From Octopus sinensis (lineage: Eukaryota), in contig NC_043008.1 in assembly GCF_006345805.1 (NCBI RefSeq), positions 58,528,001 to 58,592,000 on the forward strand: a stretch of 64,000 nt of DNA. The letters are read 5' to 3'. The stretch's first letter is position 1; the number at the start of each line of letters is the position of its first letter. Position numbers and translations under genes: made by a program. Of the stretch, positions 1-12,522 are shown in pieces. The notes beneath the pieces were generated by a model. The model saw only the letters and a program-made list of their open reading frames with translations. It ran no database searches and had not been told where the DNA came from.

Positions 1-66
1 TATATATCATATAAGCTTATCTGTATATATACACATACATGTGTGCGTATGTCTGTTTATATGCTT

Positions 67-129
67 ATATATATATATATATATACATACATACATGCAT
101 ACATACACACACACATGCACACACATACA

Positions 130-161
<32 letters not shown>

Positions 162-205
162 CATACATACATGCATACATACACACACACATGCACACAC
201 ATACA

Positions 206-247
<42 letters not shown>

Positions 248-250
248 TAT
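67..250. repeat. Tandemly duplicated compound microsatellite (TA/TACA/CA blocks, ~75-bp higher-order unit)
   Basis: The block catacatacatgcatacatacacacacacatgcacacacatacatatatg occurs twice, separated by (TA)n. ORFs here are low-complexity artefacts. Confidence 0.85.
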
Positions 251-2143
251 AAGCATTGACATACGCACACTTCAACTCATACCTTTACACACACATATGC
301 CTATGCTGTATTTGTATTAAAATTATTCGTGCAGAAATATTTCGTAAGGCTGTAGTTGCTTATCTTACACCGAATGATAATATTTTCTTTCAAAATTTCT
401 TGAGAATTTCAGTTGGTAAGTTAGACACGATATGTTCGTTCACATAGTTAATTGACCTTCTGTAACAAGCTTCCCTAAAGATCAGAAACACGTCTGTCTT
501 GAAATCGGTAAATGTAAATTGATGTTTGATATTAGTCTTGCCTAAAATTTCTTCGCTATCATTCAATTCGTTACATAGCTAAACAATTATTTTGTGTAAT
601 TTAACGTGAAATGCTATGTATCTTAACTAGAAATATCTGATAATATAAGTGAAGTTGATATGTAGCTGAACTACAAGTCGAAGTTGTTAAACTAGAAGTG
701 TTACGCATTATAAATTTATAATCCATTTTGTTGAACTATAGATGATAATTCCAGATTAAATTTCATTTAATTATTGCTACCACACCAGGTTTTTACTTAA
801 TCAAGCTATCTGTCAGGTGTACATTATATATATGTAACTACTTCTTTCTCAATTACTTGACGTCTTGATAACAGTGAGGTTGCACACACTACTCCTGTTG
901 ACTCTTAAAATGGCGCCTAGTGGTTGATGAAATATTTTACCTTCGACAAATATAGCGTTCTTAATGTTGAAGTGACAGCTGCCGTCTATTCCATACTGAA
1001 TTGGTAACATGTAGATATATCATATTTTGTAACATTGAAACAAAGCATTGGACGTAAATCTTTCATTAAGTGACATAGGTCATTAAATCATTCATGTTGA
1101 TAAAATAACTCTTTTTCTTCACAAATTTACGACTCAACGTAATTGCCATTGCAGCCGATTCATTTGAGATATCACTGAATCTATATTTCGAATCCTCTTT
1201 GATAAAAACTTGCGTACCTTATTTTTTTCTGTCATTGTCACGTAATCTTTGACTCGAAGACAATTCTTCATTAGACATAAACAGGTGGACGTTTGAGGTT
1301 ACTAGGTTTGGACTGTACTGTGGATGAAAGCGCATTGGTCAGCACAGTTTCTTGGCTTATTGATACGTAGACAAAAATGTGTTAGTAGCGCATTATCATT
1401 GTGAATGTGGATCGTTTTCAGATTATTGCTTGGTCACTTTTGTGTCAATATGTCGCTCTCTGTTGACAGTGCAGGTACATTCAGGAATACCAATGAGAAT
1501 GACATCCCTATTATTCCAATACGGTTACTACGATTTACCATTGTAGGTTATGACTCTGAAGAAAAGGTGGGACGCCATTCTATGGATTAAGCTTTCATTT
1601 CCACATCATAATGATATGCTCAAGACAGCAAAGAAGCATATTTTCATTGGCTTCAAATGCTTCCAACAAACCAGAGTAGACTTGAGCCCTGCTATCCTTC
1701 AAAATGGATGCCGAGTTACTCATGTTATGCACACTTTCCGATATCAAAACCTAACTCTAACTTTTGTAATGTATTTTGACCATAGTTAATTTGTGCAACA
1801 AACTCACTGAATGGGTCTCGGCTGTTCCCAGAATCAATTCATTTCGTCGCTAGCCATTCGAATCGGTGGTCACAGTCGATAGATTCCCACTGAGCGGTCA
1901 ATTTTTCTTTGCTGGTTTCCATTTGTTTAAACTTCATCGATCGGTGTATATTGTTATCCTTGTCAAAGGCGTCGCATCTGTAACACGGGATGTAGTTCCC
2001 TATGGAGGTTTAACAACCTGTACTATTCCTTCGTCAAGGAGTCAGTGACGCCACCCTGCTTCTGCTCGGAACACAGTATTTGTCTGCATACAAGAACTGA
2101 AAGTACTTACACTGTACACGAATATGCAAACCTGTTTCATTTA

Positions 2144-3434
2144 CGAGGGACGTTCAGTAAGTAATGCCCCTGACCCATTTGTAGTTGTTTGATCCTGCTG
2201 AATTTTTCCTGTGCAATTATTTATATCTCTATAGATTACGTGGCAAATTACAGCTCTAAACTAATTGTGGTTTCTGATTTACAGGTGTTTGAACTGAGTC
2301 AAGTGTGAAATGGAACCTGTTGAGTGTCGAGCAGTGACCCGGGTTTTGTATTTGAAAGGACGCACACCACGGGAGACTTTTGATGAAATGAAAGAAACTT
2401 ATGGTGATGATGCCCCATCATATGACCTTGTAAAACGCTGGCATCGTGAATTCAAACATGGTCGGAACTCTGTGGAAACAGCCCCCAGATCTGGTTACCC
2501 TCCTTCTGCCATTGATGAGGCATCTGTCCGTCAAGTTGAGGCTGCCATTTTGGAAGATCGACGCATAACTATTCGCCAAATAGCCCATGAGGTCAAGATT
2601 AGTACCGGGACTGTGGAAACTATCATTCATGACCATTTGCATATGCAAAAGGTGTCTGCCAGATGGATTCCCATGTTGCTCACACCTTTCCAGAAGCAAG
2701 AACGCGTCGAGTGCTCGAGGATGAATTTGGAGATGTGCCATGAAGATGAGTCAACACTTTTCAAAAGACTGATTGCACAGGATAAAACCTGGGTCCATCA
2801 CCATGATCCAGAGACCAAAGCCCAGTCAATGCAGTGGAAACACCGTGACTCACCTCCTCCAAAGTAGGCAAGGGTGCAGTCCTCCGCTGGCAAGGTCATG
2901 CTCACAGTCTTCTGGGACCAGGACGGAGTAGTGATGACAGATTTCCTGGCAAAGGGTACCACAATTACAGGAGCCTATTATGCTTCACTTTTGAGGAAAT
3001 TAAGAGAAGCTATCAAAATCAAGAGGCGGGGCAAGATCAGCAAAGGCATCCTCCTCCTGCAGGACAACGCTCCAGTCCACAACTCGATGGTCGCCAGATC
3101 AGAAGCACAGGCGTGCGGCTATGAACTCCTCCCCCAACCCCCTTCTCTCCTGACCTTGCACCCACGGATTTTCTCCTCTTCCTACCCATGAAGTTGTTTT
3201 TGAAAGGAAAGCGTTTCCCAGATGATGCAGCCTTGATTTCTGAAGTCAGGTCGTGGTTGGAGGACCAAGCTGGGGTCTTCTACAAAAACGGTCTCTAGAG
3301 CTGCTTCAAACGATGGGAGAAATGCGTAACTCTGGGTGGTTCCTATGTAAAAGAAGACTAAAAACTGTGCCAAGTGTCGTTGCTCTACCTCTATGGAAAG
3401 TGGGTCAGGGGCATTACTTATTGAATGCCCCTCG
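2144..3434 (+). mobile_element. Full-length mariner (Tc1/mariner, DD34D) DNA transposon
   Basis: 34-bp TIRs at 2144-2177 (CGAGGGACGTTCAGTAAGTAATGCCCCTGACCCA) and 3401-3434 (reverse complement, 2 mismatches). TA on both sides (2142-2143, 3435-3436). Encloses a transposase pseudogene. Confidence 0.97.
2310..3361 (+). pseudogene. Mariner transposase pseudogene
   Basis: HTH N-terminus, WIPMLLT (WVPHxL-like), QDKTWVHHHDP, QDNAPVH and SPDLAPTD with 34 residues between the 2nd and 3rd Asp. In-frame stop at 2865-2867, 1-nt frameshift near 3145 in the PPYSPD motif, second stop near 3297. Confidence 0.95.
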
Positions 3435-3710
3435 TAAGATAAATATCATGTCCACATTTGCTGTGCTCGCTGTAGAACTCATCTTGATTTCGTACGTTTT
3501 AAATAGCTCACGTTTGACAATGAGTCGAAGAAGCTGGTGGAAAAACTAGTTTGCATGTGAAGTGGGATTCTATTGAAGTGTTCAGCCTATTTTTTCTTCT
3601 GATTTATTCATTATTTGTTATCCTAATTTGGCTTTCACTATTTTTGCTCTAGTTAAACCAGTTGAGATACTATACGGAATTTCCTCGTCTTCACTTCATT
3701 CTGATCCTTC

Positions 3711-4283
3711 TTATTTCTTTCTTGCCCACAAGGAGATAAACATAGAGGGGGCAAACAAGGACAGACAAATGGATTAAGTCGATTATATAGACCCCAGTGC
3801 GTAACTTGGTACTTAATTTATCGACCCTGAGAGGATGAAAAGCAAAGTCGACCTCGGCGGAATTTGAACTCAGAACGTAGCGCAGACGAAATACCTATTT
3901 CTTTATTACCCACAAGGGGCTAAACACAGAGGGGACAAACAAGGACAGACATAGGTATTAAGTCGATTACATCGACCCCAGTGCGTAACTGGTACTTAAT
4001 TTATCGACCCCGAAAGGATGAAAGGCAAAGTCGACCTCGGCGGAATTTGAACTCAGAACGTAGCGCAGACGAAATACCTATTTCTTTATTACCCACAAGG
4101 GCTAAACACAGAGAGAACAAACAAGGACAGACAAACGGATTAAGTCGATTCGACCCCAGTGCGTAACTGGTACTTAATTTATCGACCCCCGACCGGCGGA
4201 ATTTGAACTCACAACGTAACGCAGACGAAATACCGCTAAGCATTTCGCCCGGCGCGCTACCGTTTCTGCCAGCTCGCCGCCTT
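3711..4283 (-). mobile_element. SINE family A, head-to-tail trimer (tRNA head plus Meta-like central domain)
   Basis: Three ~184-bp units. Only the 5'-most unit (right end on +) has the full head with A box (TGGCAGAAACG) and B box (GAGTTCAAATTCC). Meta-domain label is from recall. Confidence 0.9.
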
Positions 4284-4759
4284 TAATTGTTCTGATCCTT
4301 CTGCCTCACAAACAAACTTCTTAAACGTAGACTCTTTTGTCCTTCATAGTAATCTCAATCTGTTTACTAGCATATAATAACTCACCTGTATCGTATTTCT
4401 CTCGTCCTCGTAAGTTTTCATTTGCGTTCGTTTTAATTAGTTCCTTTCTCTATTAACTGCTATTGAGAGCAATTCAATCTGCGCAATCTTCTCAGAATTC
4501 ATTACACTTTCTTCGTAAATTATTTCATTTATTGATATCCAGTTATCATTCATTCCGGTGTCCTTGATATCTGGCTATTCGACCCTATGTTTTATCACAA
4601 CGGAGAAACCTGCATTTGTTTCGGTTTCCCCTTGCTTCTGGGTGCTGTATTTGTAATGTGCACTTAGTTGAACACTACCCCCACACACATACGCACGCCC
4701 GCACACACACGCACGCACACACACACACACACACGTTTCGTTCAACATCCTTAAACAAT

Positions 4760-4990
4760 CCATATTCAGGGACCTTTTGAGCGGGATGGGGTACTCGACA
4801 AGAAAAACTTTCTAGCAGGGCCCCACCTGCAATGTCATGCGCTGTTTATCTTGATATGAGATCACCATGTCGCGCAGACGGATTATCATGATGGTTATAC
4901 TGGGCTTCGTATATTTTACCCCAGTGTCACTTTGATGGCATGCACTGTTCTCTCACTCAATAATAATAATAATAATAATGATAATAATAC
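4760..4990 (+). mobile_element. Probable 3' end of a non-LTR retroposon ending in (AAT)n
   Basis: GC-richer segment ending ...ctctcactc followed directly by an (AAT)n run. No coding motif seen. Confidence 0.4.
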
Positions 4991-5699
4991 GCATACATGG
5001 ACACTCACACACATACACACACATACACGCACATACACACGCATATACACACAAACATATATATACAAGTATATTGTCCATGTTAACTGCCAACGTACGA
5101 ACCACTCGGATCTTGAGTCACTCTGTTACCTCAACTAAATTTTAACACACACACACACGTATATATATATATATATATGCACACATCACCAACAATTGTA
5201 CAACATGTGACCATTTATATCATCTGTTTAGGGAAGGAGAAATTTTTAAAAAATCCTAACTTTGTAGTTTTGATCTAGATCGGCGTTGTAAAAGTCAAAA
5301 ACTGTATTTCTACTGAAAATTATGTGACCTTTCCTGCCAGACATTTCTCCGATTTATGTTATGAAGCATCAAATGTCATAATAATTACGTTTCAATCTAT
5401 TTTCAATGCCGGATCAATAACTATTCATTCATGTCGCTTAAAAATATTCAGGCTAAGAAACCCCTTCACAGTGCTAAGGGATATACATAGTTTTTATATC
5501 AGCAAATCGAAGGACAATATCGTATTTTTCACATATTTTCTTTATTGAATCCGCTGTGGATTTTAAGTAAACTATGATACACATTATAGTCTACATAGTT
5601 TGAAAGGAAGCAAATATGTTTGAATGTCGTTATTTGTCTCTCGCGAGGTAGTATGGTATAACTTATGAATTATTGGATAAAATCGAAATAAATAGAGAG

Positions 5700-6070
5700 A
5701 AAATTGGTAAAAATTAGAAAATGTAGATAACAAGGACAAAATGGCCGTGCGTTATCCGAATGGTTGTATTGTAGGTTTGAAACGCAGGATTGGCAGAAAT
5801 GTTAGCTCACAGAATTGGTGGATCGTTGGACAAAATGATTCTGGATGTGTAAAAATTAAGTCGTTGGCGGGAAAATATCGGAGGAGTGTCAGAAATAATA
5901 GATTTGAAAAGATGACGGTCGATTGACTGAAATCCCAGATCGTTGGAGAAAATGTCGGCGAAACGACAGCAAGCTGGATCGCTAAATAAATATCGGTGCA
6001 TCGGCAGAAATGCTTGAGCGTTGATCAAAATATCGGCAATGCTTGGCTATTAAGCATAGCCGGCAGAAGT
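5700..6070. repeat. Decayed minisatellite-like segment
   Basis: Recurrent short motifs gatcgttgga, aaaat(a/g)tcgg and ggcagaaatg. Confidence 0.3.
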
Positions 6071-6256
6071 AGTAGATCGTAATTCATTACACATTTTTTT
6101 TATTGTATGATAATTTCGATTTAAACCTTCTTTATACGCTCCGCAGTTGGTAACATAAGTACCAATCATTAATTGGAGTCAGCTTTTTATGGGATACATT
6201 ATTTCCTCAAAGTATAAGACGTTGTTATGTTCGGCTTCAATATTACCGTACTAGTT

Positions 6257-6430
6257 AAGGCGGTGTACTGGCACAATCATTTGCACGCCGGGCAAAATGC
6301 TCAACTGCGATCAAATTTCGTCGAGATCGACTTTGCTTTCATCCTTTCAGGGTCCATAAAATAAGTCTTTGTTGAGCACTGGGCTCGATATAACCTATAA
6401 ATTTTTGGCGTTGTGCCAACATTTCAAACC
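6257..6430 (+). mobile_element. SINE family A, old degenerate copy
   Basis: aaggcgg..ctggca head and gactttgctttcatcctttcagggtc central module. Confidence 0.75.
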
Positions 6431-6816
6431 AATATTCCAGCACTACTTGCTTTTAAACCGTTAGTAAGAGCTGTGGGCCCTGAACATTTTTGTGTGCACA
6501 GTTTCTGACAGACGATGCCTCTTTTGCTGGGCTCAAATCTGATTTGCGAACGCATGGAAAATAAACTTCCAACTGATATGCCTATATGTCTGTGCACACC
6601 TTTCAATGCAATGTGTGAAAATCTAACGGAAGTAGAAAGATAATTGGTAAAATATCTATCATTGTATTGGGCATGTATAACCTTACCAAGAGGACAGCCA
6701 CAAACTTTTCTCACTGTAGTTCTTAGTATGAGATGATCATGAAGCAAGCAGTACTTTGTTTGCATACACATATACATGTACACCAATGTGTGCATGTGTA
6801 AATATTATTTCCATAC

Positions 6817-6892
<76 letters not shown>

Positions 6893-7596
6893 GGTATACA
6901 TATCCATTTATGTATGTGTTAGTATATACACATTTGATACTTTAGCAGGAATAACATTCAAATGCTTTGATGACGATAGATTTAACATAAAAATAAGATA
7001 AAGCTAACATTATGTTGTCGCATTAAAATATTCGAATTTGTTAATGGCGTTCAGTAATATTTGGCTTCACATGAGAAAATAAAGACATTTTAAACTTCAA
7101 ACACGTATTGAAATCTCTTTAAAATGATTTATGTCAAATTTACAAAAGAAATGAAATTATTTCTATTATAAACTTTGATAAATTCTTTTAAAAAAATGGT
7201 CTCCTTCATTCTGCAACCCGAAAAACAATACCAATATTTACTTCTTTAATGCGAATTATATTTTGGTTTTATTGCATGATTTTATTACGGTTTTGTGGTA
7301 TAATTGCCATTTCGAAGAAATAAAAGTATTGTTATTTGACCGTTCAGATATGTACAGGATGAAAGACGAACAATTTAAAAACGAAATATATTAAACATGG
7401 CCTCATCTGGGGTAGTGGTCAGAGGTAATGCGTTTCTTTTCTGGATGAATGTCAATAAAAGAACACATATATACAACCATCCATCCATCCGTATATACGG
7501 CTGCATGCAAATGTTTATCGATTTCTCTATTTCTCTGTCAAACCAACTATCATTCTTATCACCTTGTCTACCTGTCTGTGCATTTATTGGTGCTTG

Positions 7597-7633
<37 letters not shown>

Positions 7634-7706
7634 ATGTATATTGATAGAAGTGGTAAGGCAACAAAAGAATGAAAGAGACCTTGATATTATGTAAATAGAG
7701 GAATTT

Positions 7707-7953
7707 ATCAGTAAATGTAATATCTAAAAATTATTCGGTAGCCGTAATAAACTCCAAGTTTCAGATGTCGAGGCGGAAACCCACTCCGCCACCTCTTCAG
7801 TTATCCGGCCATCGGTAAAAATGGTATGAAAAATTTTTCATACCGGATAACTGAAGAGATGAAGAGATGACGGCGTGGGTTTCCGCCCTGACATCTGAAA
7901 CTCGGAGTTTTATCAAGGCTACCGAATAATTGTCATATATTACATTTACTGAT
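7707..7953. repeat. ~100-bp imperfect inverted repeat carrying hammerhead-like motifs on opposite strands
   Basis: Arms at 7707-7808 and 7843-7953. A perfect 22-bp palindrome lies at 7823-7844. Confidence 0.85.
7846..7914 (+). ncRNA. Type I hammerhead ribozyme-like motif
   Basis: Stem I GAUAA/UUAUC, CUGAAGA, stem II GAUG/CAUC followed by one extra U, GAAA, near-palindromic stem III ACUC-G-GAGU, GUU triplet. Confidence 0.55.
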
Positions 7954-8239
7954 ATATATATATATATATATATATACATAACAAATTAGGGAGACAAGTC
8001 CAAGTAGATAACAATTCAGTCTCAAATTTGGTTCTGACCACTCATTATATTAATTCTAGTTAAAATACTTAGTGTAGTAGGTCTCAAATCCCGAGAAAAT
8101 GTAACAAAGTAGACATTTACATACATATATACATACATACATACATACATACATACATACATTCAAAATGTGACCGCGTGTGTACCGTTGGCGATTTTTT
8201 TCCTCCCTCTTCCCTTCTTTGAATCTTTCCTTTTCCTAT

Positions 8240-8272
8240 GTTTCTGATGAAGAGCTCCGCTCGAAACGTAAA
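8240..8272 (+). ncRNA. Minimal type I hammerhead ribozyme-like motif
   Basis: GUUU-CUGAUGA-A-GAGC/UCC/GCUC-GAAA-C-GU-A with palindromic ACGU stem III. The 3' strand of stem I is cut off by the adjacent satellite. Confidence 0.6.
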
Positions 8273-9258
8273 TTTTTCAAAGAAATATCCTGAAAATTTT
8301 CAAAAACTTTTCAAACATTTCGGTGAAAATTTTGAAAAACTATTCAAAGAAATTTCGTGAAAATTTTGAAAAACTTTTCAAAGAAATTTCGTGAAAATTT
8401 TGAAAAACTATTCAAAGAAATTTGGTGAAAATTTTGAAAAACTATTCAAAGAAATTTCGTGAAAATTTTGAAAAACTTTTCAAAGATTTGGTGGAAAATT
8501 TTGAAAAGGTTTTCAAAGATATTTCATGAAAATTATCAAAAACTTTTCAATCATTTTGGTGGAAAATTTTGAAAAACTAAAACTATTCATAGAAATTTCA
8601 TGAAAATTAGAAAAACTTTTCAAAGATTTGGGGGAAGATTTTGAAAAAAGTTTCCAAAGACACTTCATGAAAATTTTGAAATACATTTTAAACATTTTGG
8701 TGAAAATTTTGAAAAACTTTTCATGAAATTTCTTTCAAAATTTTTCCAAAAATCTTTTAAATCTTTTTCAAAGTTTTCTCCATAACCCGTGAAAATGTTT
8801 CCAAAATTTTCATCTAATTTTTTTGTAAAATTTTTGAAAAGCTTCACTAAAATCTTTGAAATTTTTCAAAATTTTTCTCCAAATTCCCTGAAAAATTTTT
8901 CAAAACGTTTTATCAAATTACTTTGAAAACTTTTTGAAAATTTTTACCAAAATCCTTCAAATGTTTTTCAAAATTTTCATGAAATTCCTTTGAAAAGCTT
9001 TTCAAAATTTTCATCAATTTCCCTTGAAATGATTTTCAAAATTTTCTCCAAAGTCCATGAAAAGTTTTTCAAAATTTTCATCAATTTCCCTTGAAATGAT
9101 TTTCAAAATTTTCTCCAAAGTCCATGAAAAGTTTTTCAAAATTTTCATTAATTTCCCTTGAAATGATTTTCAAAATTTTCTCCAAAATCCATGAAAAGTT
9201 TTTCTAAATTTTCATGAATTTCCTTTGAAAAGTTTTTCAAAATATTCATCAAATTCTT
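8273..9258. repeat. AT-rich ~34-bp satellite arranged as two oppositely oriented arms
   Basis: Left units resemble aaagaaatttcgtgaaaattttgaaaaacttttc. Beyond ~8720 the units are the reverse complement (aaaattttcatgaaattcctttgaaaagcttttc). Confidence 0.85.
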
Positions 9259-10255
9259 TGAGCAAGATCGGGAGAATAAGGTTGATTGAGAATTTCTTCC
9301 CAACCAAGCTCCTCGATCTTCTGTGATGTGATCTTTGCACTGTGGGACTGTGCATTGTCCTAATAAAACGCCACTCCTTTTCAATTCACTAAAGCGTTTC
9401 TTTTTCCTTCAAACGTTCTAATTGCTGACAATAGACTTTAGCATTGATCGTTGCATTACGTGTTAACAATAACAATTCAAAGTGAATCTCTCCTTTGCAA
9501 TCCCACCAGATAGAGAGAAGAACCTTTTCCCCATGAACTTCCCTTCTCGGTTATGGTTGAGCTTTTTTCCTTTTACCAAGCTACGGTTTACAACGTTTAA
9601 CATTTCGATAGAAGATCCATGTTTCTTTACCAGTCATTAGTGTATCCAAAAAGGGTGAAATGATTTCGCGAGAATGGAGAGAAGAGCAGATGTGAACTCG
9701 GGATTTGCGGTTGCTTTCGGGAAATTCATGAGGCACCTATTTTCCAAGTTTAGGAACCTTTCGAAGTTGTTGAAGATGACGATGAACAGTTGTATAGTTT
9801 GAACTAAGCTTTATTGCCAATTCTTCAACTGATAATGCAGGGTTTTCTTCAAGTAATGCCTCAAGGAGCTAATCATCAAACTCAACTGGAAGTCCTGTTC
9901 GATCTTCAAGGCTGAAATCTCCACTTCTGAATTTTGCAAACCATCTTCTGCAAGTTCTTTCATTCATGCACTCTTTCCCATAAACTGAGTGTATGTTTCG
10001 AGTCGCTTCGGCCGCAGAGTTTCCTTTATTTTGTGCTCATAAATCATTATGTGCCTTAAATGCTCTTTATATACTTCCTTGTTAGAAAGGGTTTTAATCA
10101 TAGTACTTTTAATTCTATTATTCTGTAAAATAATATTTAATTAGTTTAAATGTACACAAGTGCATAAAAATAATTTTTAATTCCATTAGACATTCTAAAA
10201 TACTATTAAATTTCATTCAATTTTAAAAAAGGTAAAATCGAACAGAACTTATGTG
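9256..10255 (-). pseudogene. Decayed mariner transposase, 3'-truncated
   Basis: Minus-strand frames give EHLRHIM.YE, ERTCRRWFAKFRSGDFSLED, HRHLQQL..K.G.*VPHE and DNAQSHSAKITSQKIEELGWEEILNQPYSPDLA, ending at the satellite. Confidence 0.9.
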
Positions 10256-10499
10256 AAGAAGCTGAAAAATAGAATTTGGTCGGAGCAATTTAAGCGCCTG
10301 CTAGGTGAGAAGAAGATGTGGCTGGATCGGTCGGAATATATATATATATATAGAGAGAGAAGCAAATGGGAGAGAAACAGAAAGAGACAGAGAGAGAAAG
10401 GAGAGGAGAAAGTGGGGGGAAGGAAAAGAGAAGAGGGAAGTAAAATCGAGGGGGTAGTGTAGGTTTGAGTTAGAAGAAAAGTGAGAGGGTTGGAACCAA

Positions 10500-10855
10500 C
10501 GAGGTGCTTTGACACAGTTTCCGTCTACGAAGTTCCTTCAAATGGAATGGGTTGATGTAGGGATGTAGTGGATGTTCTTTTGACTAGGCTTCCATATGGT
10601 TGGACTAGATGCGAAGCCACGGTTTCAAAGTAAACAACTGTGTCTAATAACGAGACGACAAGTGAATATCTATCCGGTCGAGAGACTTGCTCAGACCAAT
10701 GTGCCTCTTCCACGCCAGCTACCCTGACCTTCCACAGCAATCTTGCTCTCCTGAACTGTCTCCCACACGTTGATGGATATATGTGCACTTCGTGGCCTGC
10801 TTTTTTATGGTCCTGACAGGAATCGAACAAGGAGCCATGGTCTGCTAACACAAAA
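10500..10855 (-). mobile_element. Possible retroelement 3' fragment
   Basis: GC-richer island. STCGRQFRRARLL weakly resembles C-terminal zinc-finger-like tails of RTE-type ORFs. Confidence 0.25.
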
Positions 10856-10914
10856 TAATCTTCCTCGCATTATCTAAACCACTGACCGCATGTCGGTGTG
10901 TCTTGATTGCCAAG

Positions 10915-11961
10915 AAGGAATACGACATCTAGAATGTCGTATTCAAGGAATACGCCGTTCAAGGCTTCGTATTCCTTGAAAGTCGTCTACATAATAAAAA
11001 TAATAAGGAAACAATAATATGGAAGCAAAAACAAAATATGATAGCAATGTTACATGTTTCAAACTTAAGCAATGTATTGTCATATATCTCTCCATGGATG
11101 GATCTTTTAGTAATGTTCCAGGATCAAACAATGTAAATATTTCATAACAACCATGTGTAGAAATAAGATAATAGTCATCTGTAGAGGTTAAGTTTCAGAG
11201 CAATTGTAATCCTACGAAGAACTATCATATCTCAGATACTGGAAGTTAAGAGAAATAATTATATTATTTAGCCATAATTCATGAAGAAGATGTGGTCTTT
11301 CCAACACAAATGTATTTATAGAATGGTATAATGCATCAAGCTAGGAAACATCAAAGTTTGATTCTTCTGTAAAGAACTTCGATAATAGAATTATGTATTT
11401 TATTTTCCTTTTTTTAATGATTCGTCTCCAAGAATACCAAATATACTATCCTCAAGGATAATAATTATTTCAAAGATAAAACTATTCTCTGAGTTATGTT
11501 AAAAATAAGAACATCAAAAGGAAGTATTTGTGTTTAATTATAACTGTGTGATAGTTGTGATTTAGGTGGAGATGTGTTCCTAATGGAAAAAAAATATAAG
11601 AAACAAATAACATAAACGGAAGCAAATGTAAGGCAGCTTTATTTTGGCGTAATAGTTGGTTCTAGAAATAGCTCCCATAATCATCATTCATATTTTGTAC
11701 ATCTCTCTTTTATCGTTTTGACCTGGTAATATGCAGATAACATGAACTAATTCAATTAAGGAAGAAGTTATTCTCCGAGTTTCTACAGATCCGTAGAAAC
11801 TCGGAGAATAATAGATTTTGCAAAAATTCTTTACGAAAGGAGGCATGGATTTGTCATAAGTGGAATCAGAAATTACGCAGCAATGAAAATAAACAATAAT
11901 AAGGAAACAAAAACAAAATATGATAGTAATGTTACATGTTTCAAACTTAAGCAATATATTT

Positions 11962-11965
<4 letters not shown>
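10915..11965 (+). mobile_element. Possible highly decayed Penelope-like element with internal direct repeat and fold-back hairpins
   Basis: A ~65-nt repeat occurs at ~11000-11075 and ~11895-11955. Perfect hairpins at 10918-10980 and 11768-11811. Weak RT-like peptide SNTNVFIEWYNAS near 11290-11340. Confidence 0.3.
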
Positions 11966-12011
<46 letters not shown>

Positions 12012-12215
12012 TAAGTAATTAAGGGTTTAGCAACGATTTGCCTCACCACACACCGAATTTAGAAATAGCAGTCAAAGAGTTATGGCCATTCTTTCTACTT
12101 AAAAGGGAGATCCCAGTAAAACCACAGCCCTTAAACGGCAAACAACGCAGGCAAAAGAGAAAGAAATGACGACAATCATTCTATATTAAGTCACCTATAT
12201 ATTTATATATATATA

Positions 12216-12260
<45 letters not shown>

Positions 12261-12522
12261 TCTTTTGACATTGTATGCCTATAGAGATGCTTCTCCGTGA
12301 CAACTACCACAGGAATGAAGGCTTTCAAGAATATACTTTAAGTATGATTTATAGATTTTCAATGTATATGAATGTAACAAATAATGAAATTGAGGCCTAA
12401 TTTCAATTAACACTAAACACCTACGTGTTATTGTATTATACAATGTCATAAGAATGAACGAACTTTTTATGTACGCTTCAGATTGAATTATAGATGATGT
12501 TGTTCAGTAAGAACAAATTATA

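Noticed and set aside
420-500. GAAACACGUC-UGUC resembling a hammerhead 3' half
   Set aside because: No recognisable CUGANGA core or stem II.
1405-2100. GC-richer island with coding-like minus-strand stretches
   Set aside because: Probably an old TE, but no diagnostic motif could be identified with confidence.
3711-4283. Regularly spaced repeats resembling a CRISPR array
   Set aside because: Units are whole ~184-bp SINE segments with no unique spacers, the context is eukaryotic, and there are no cas genes.
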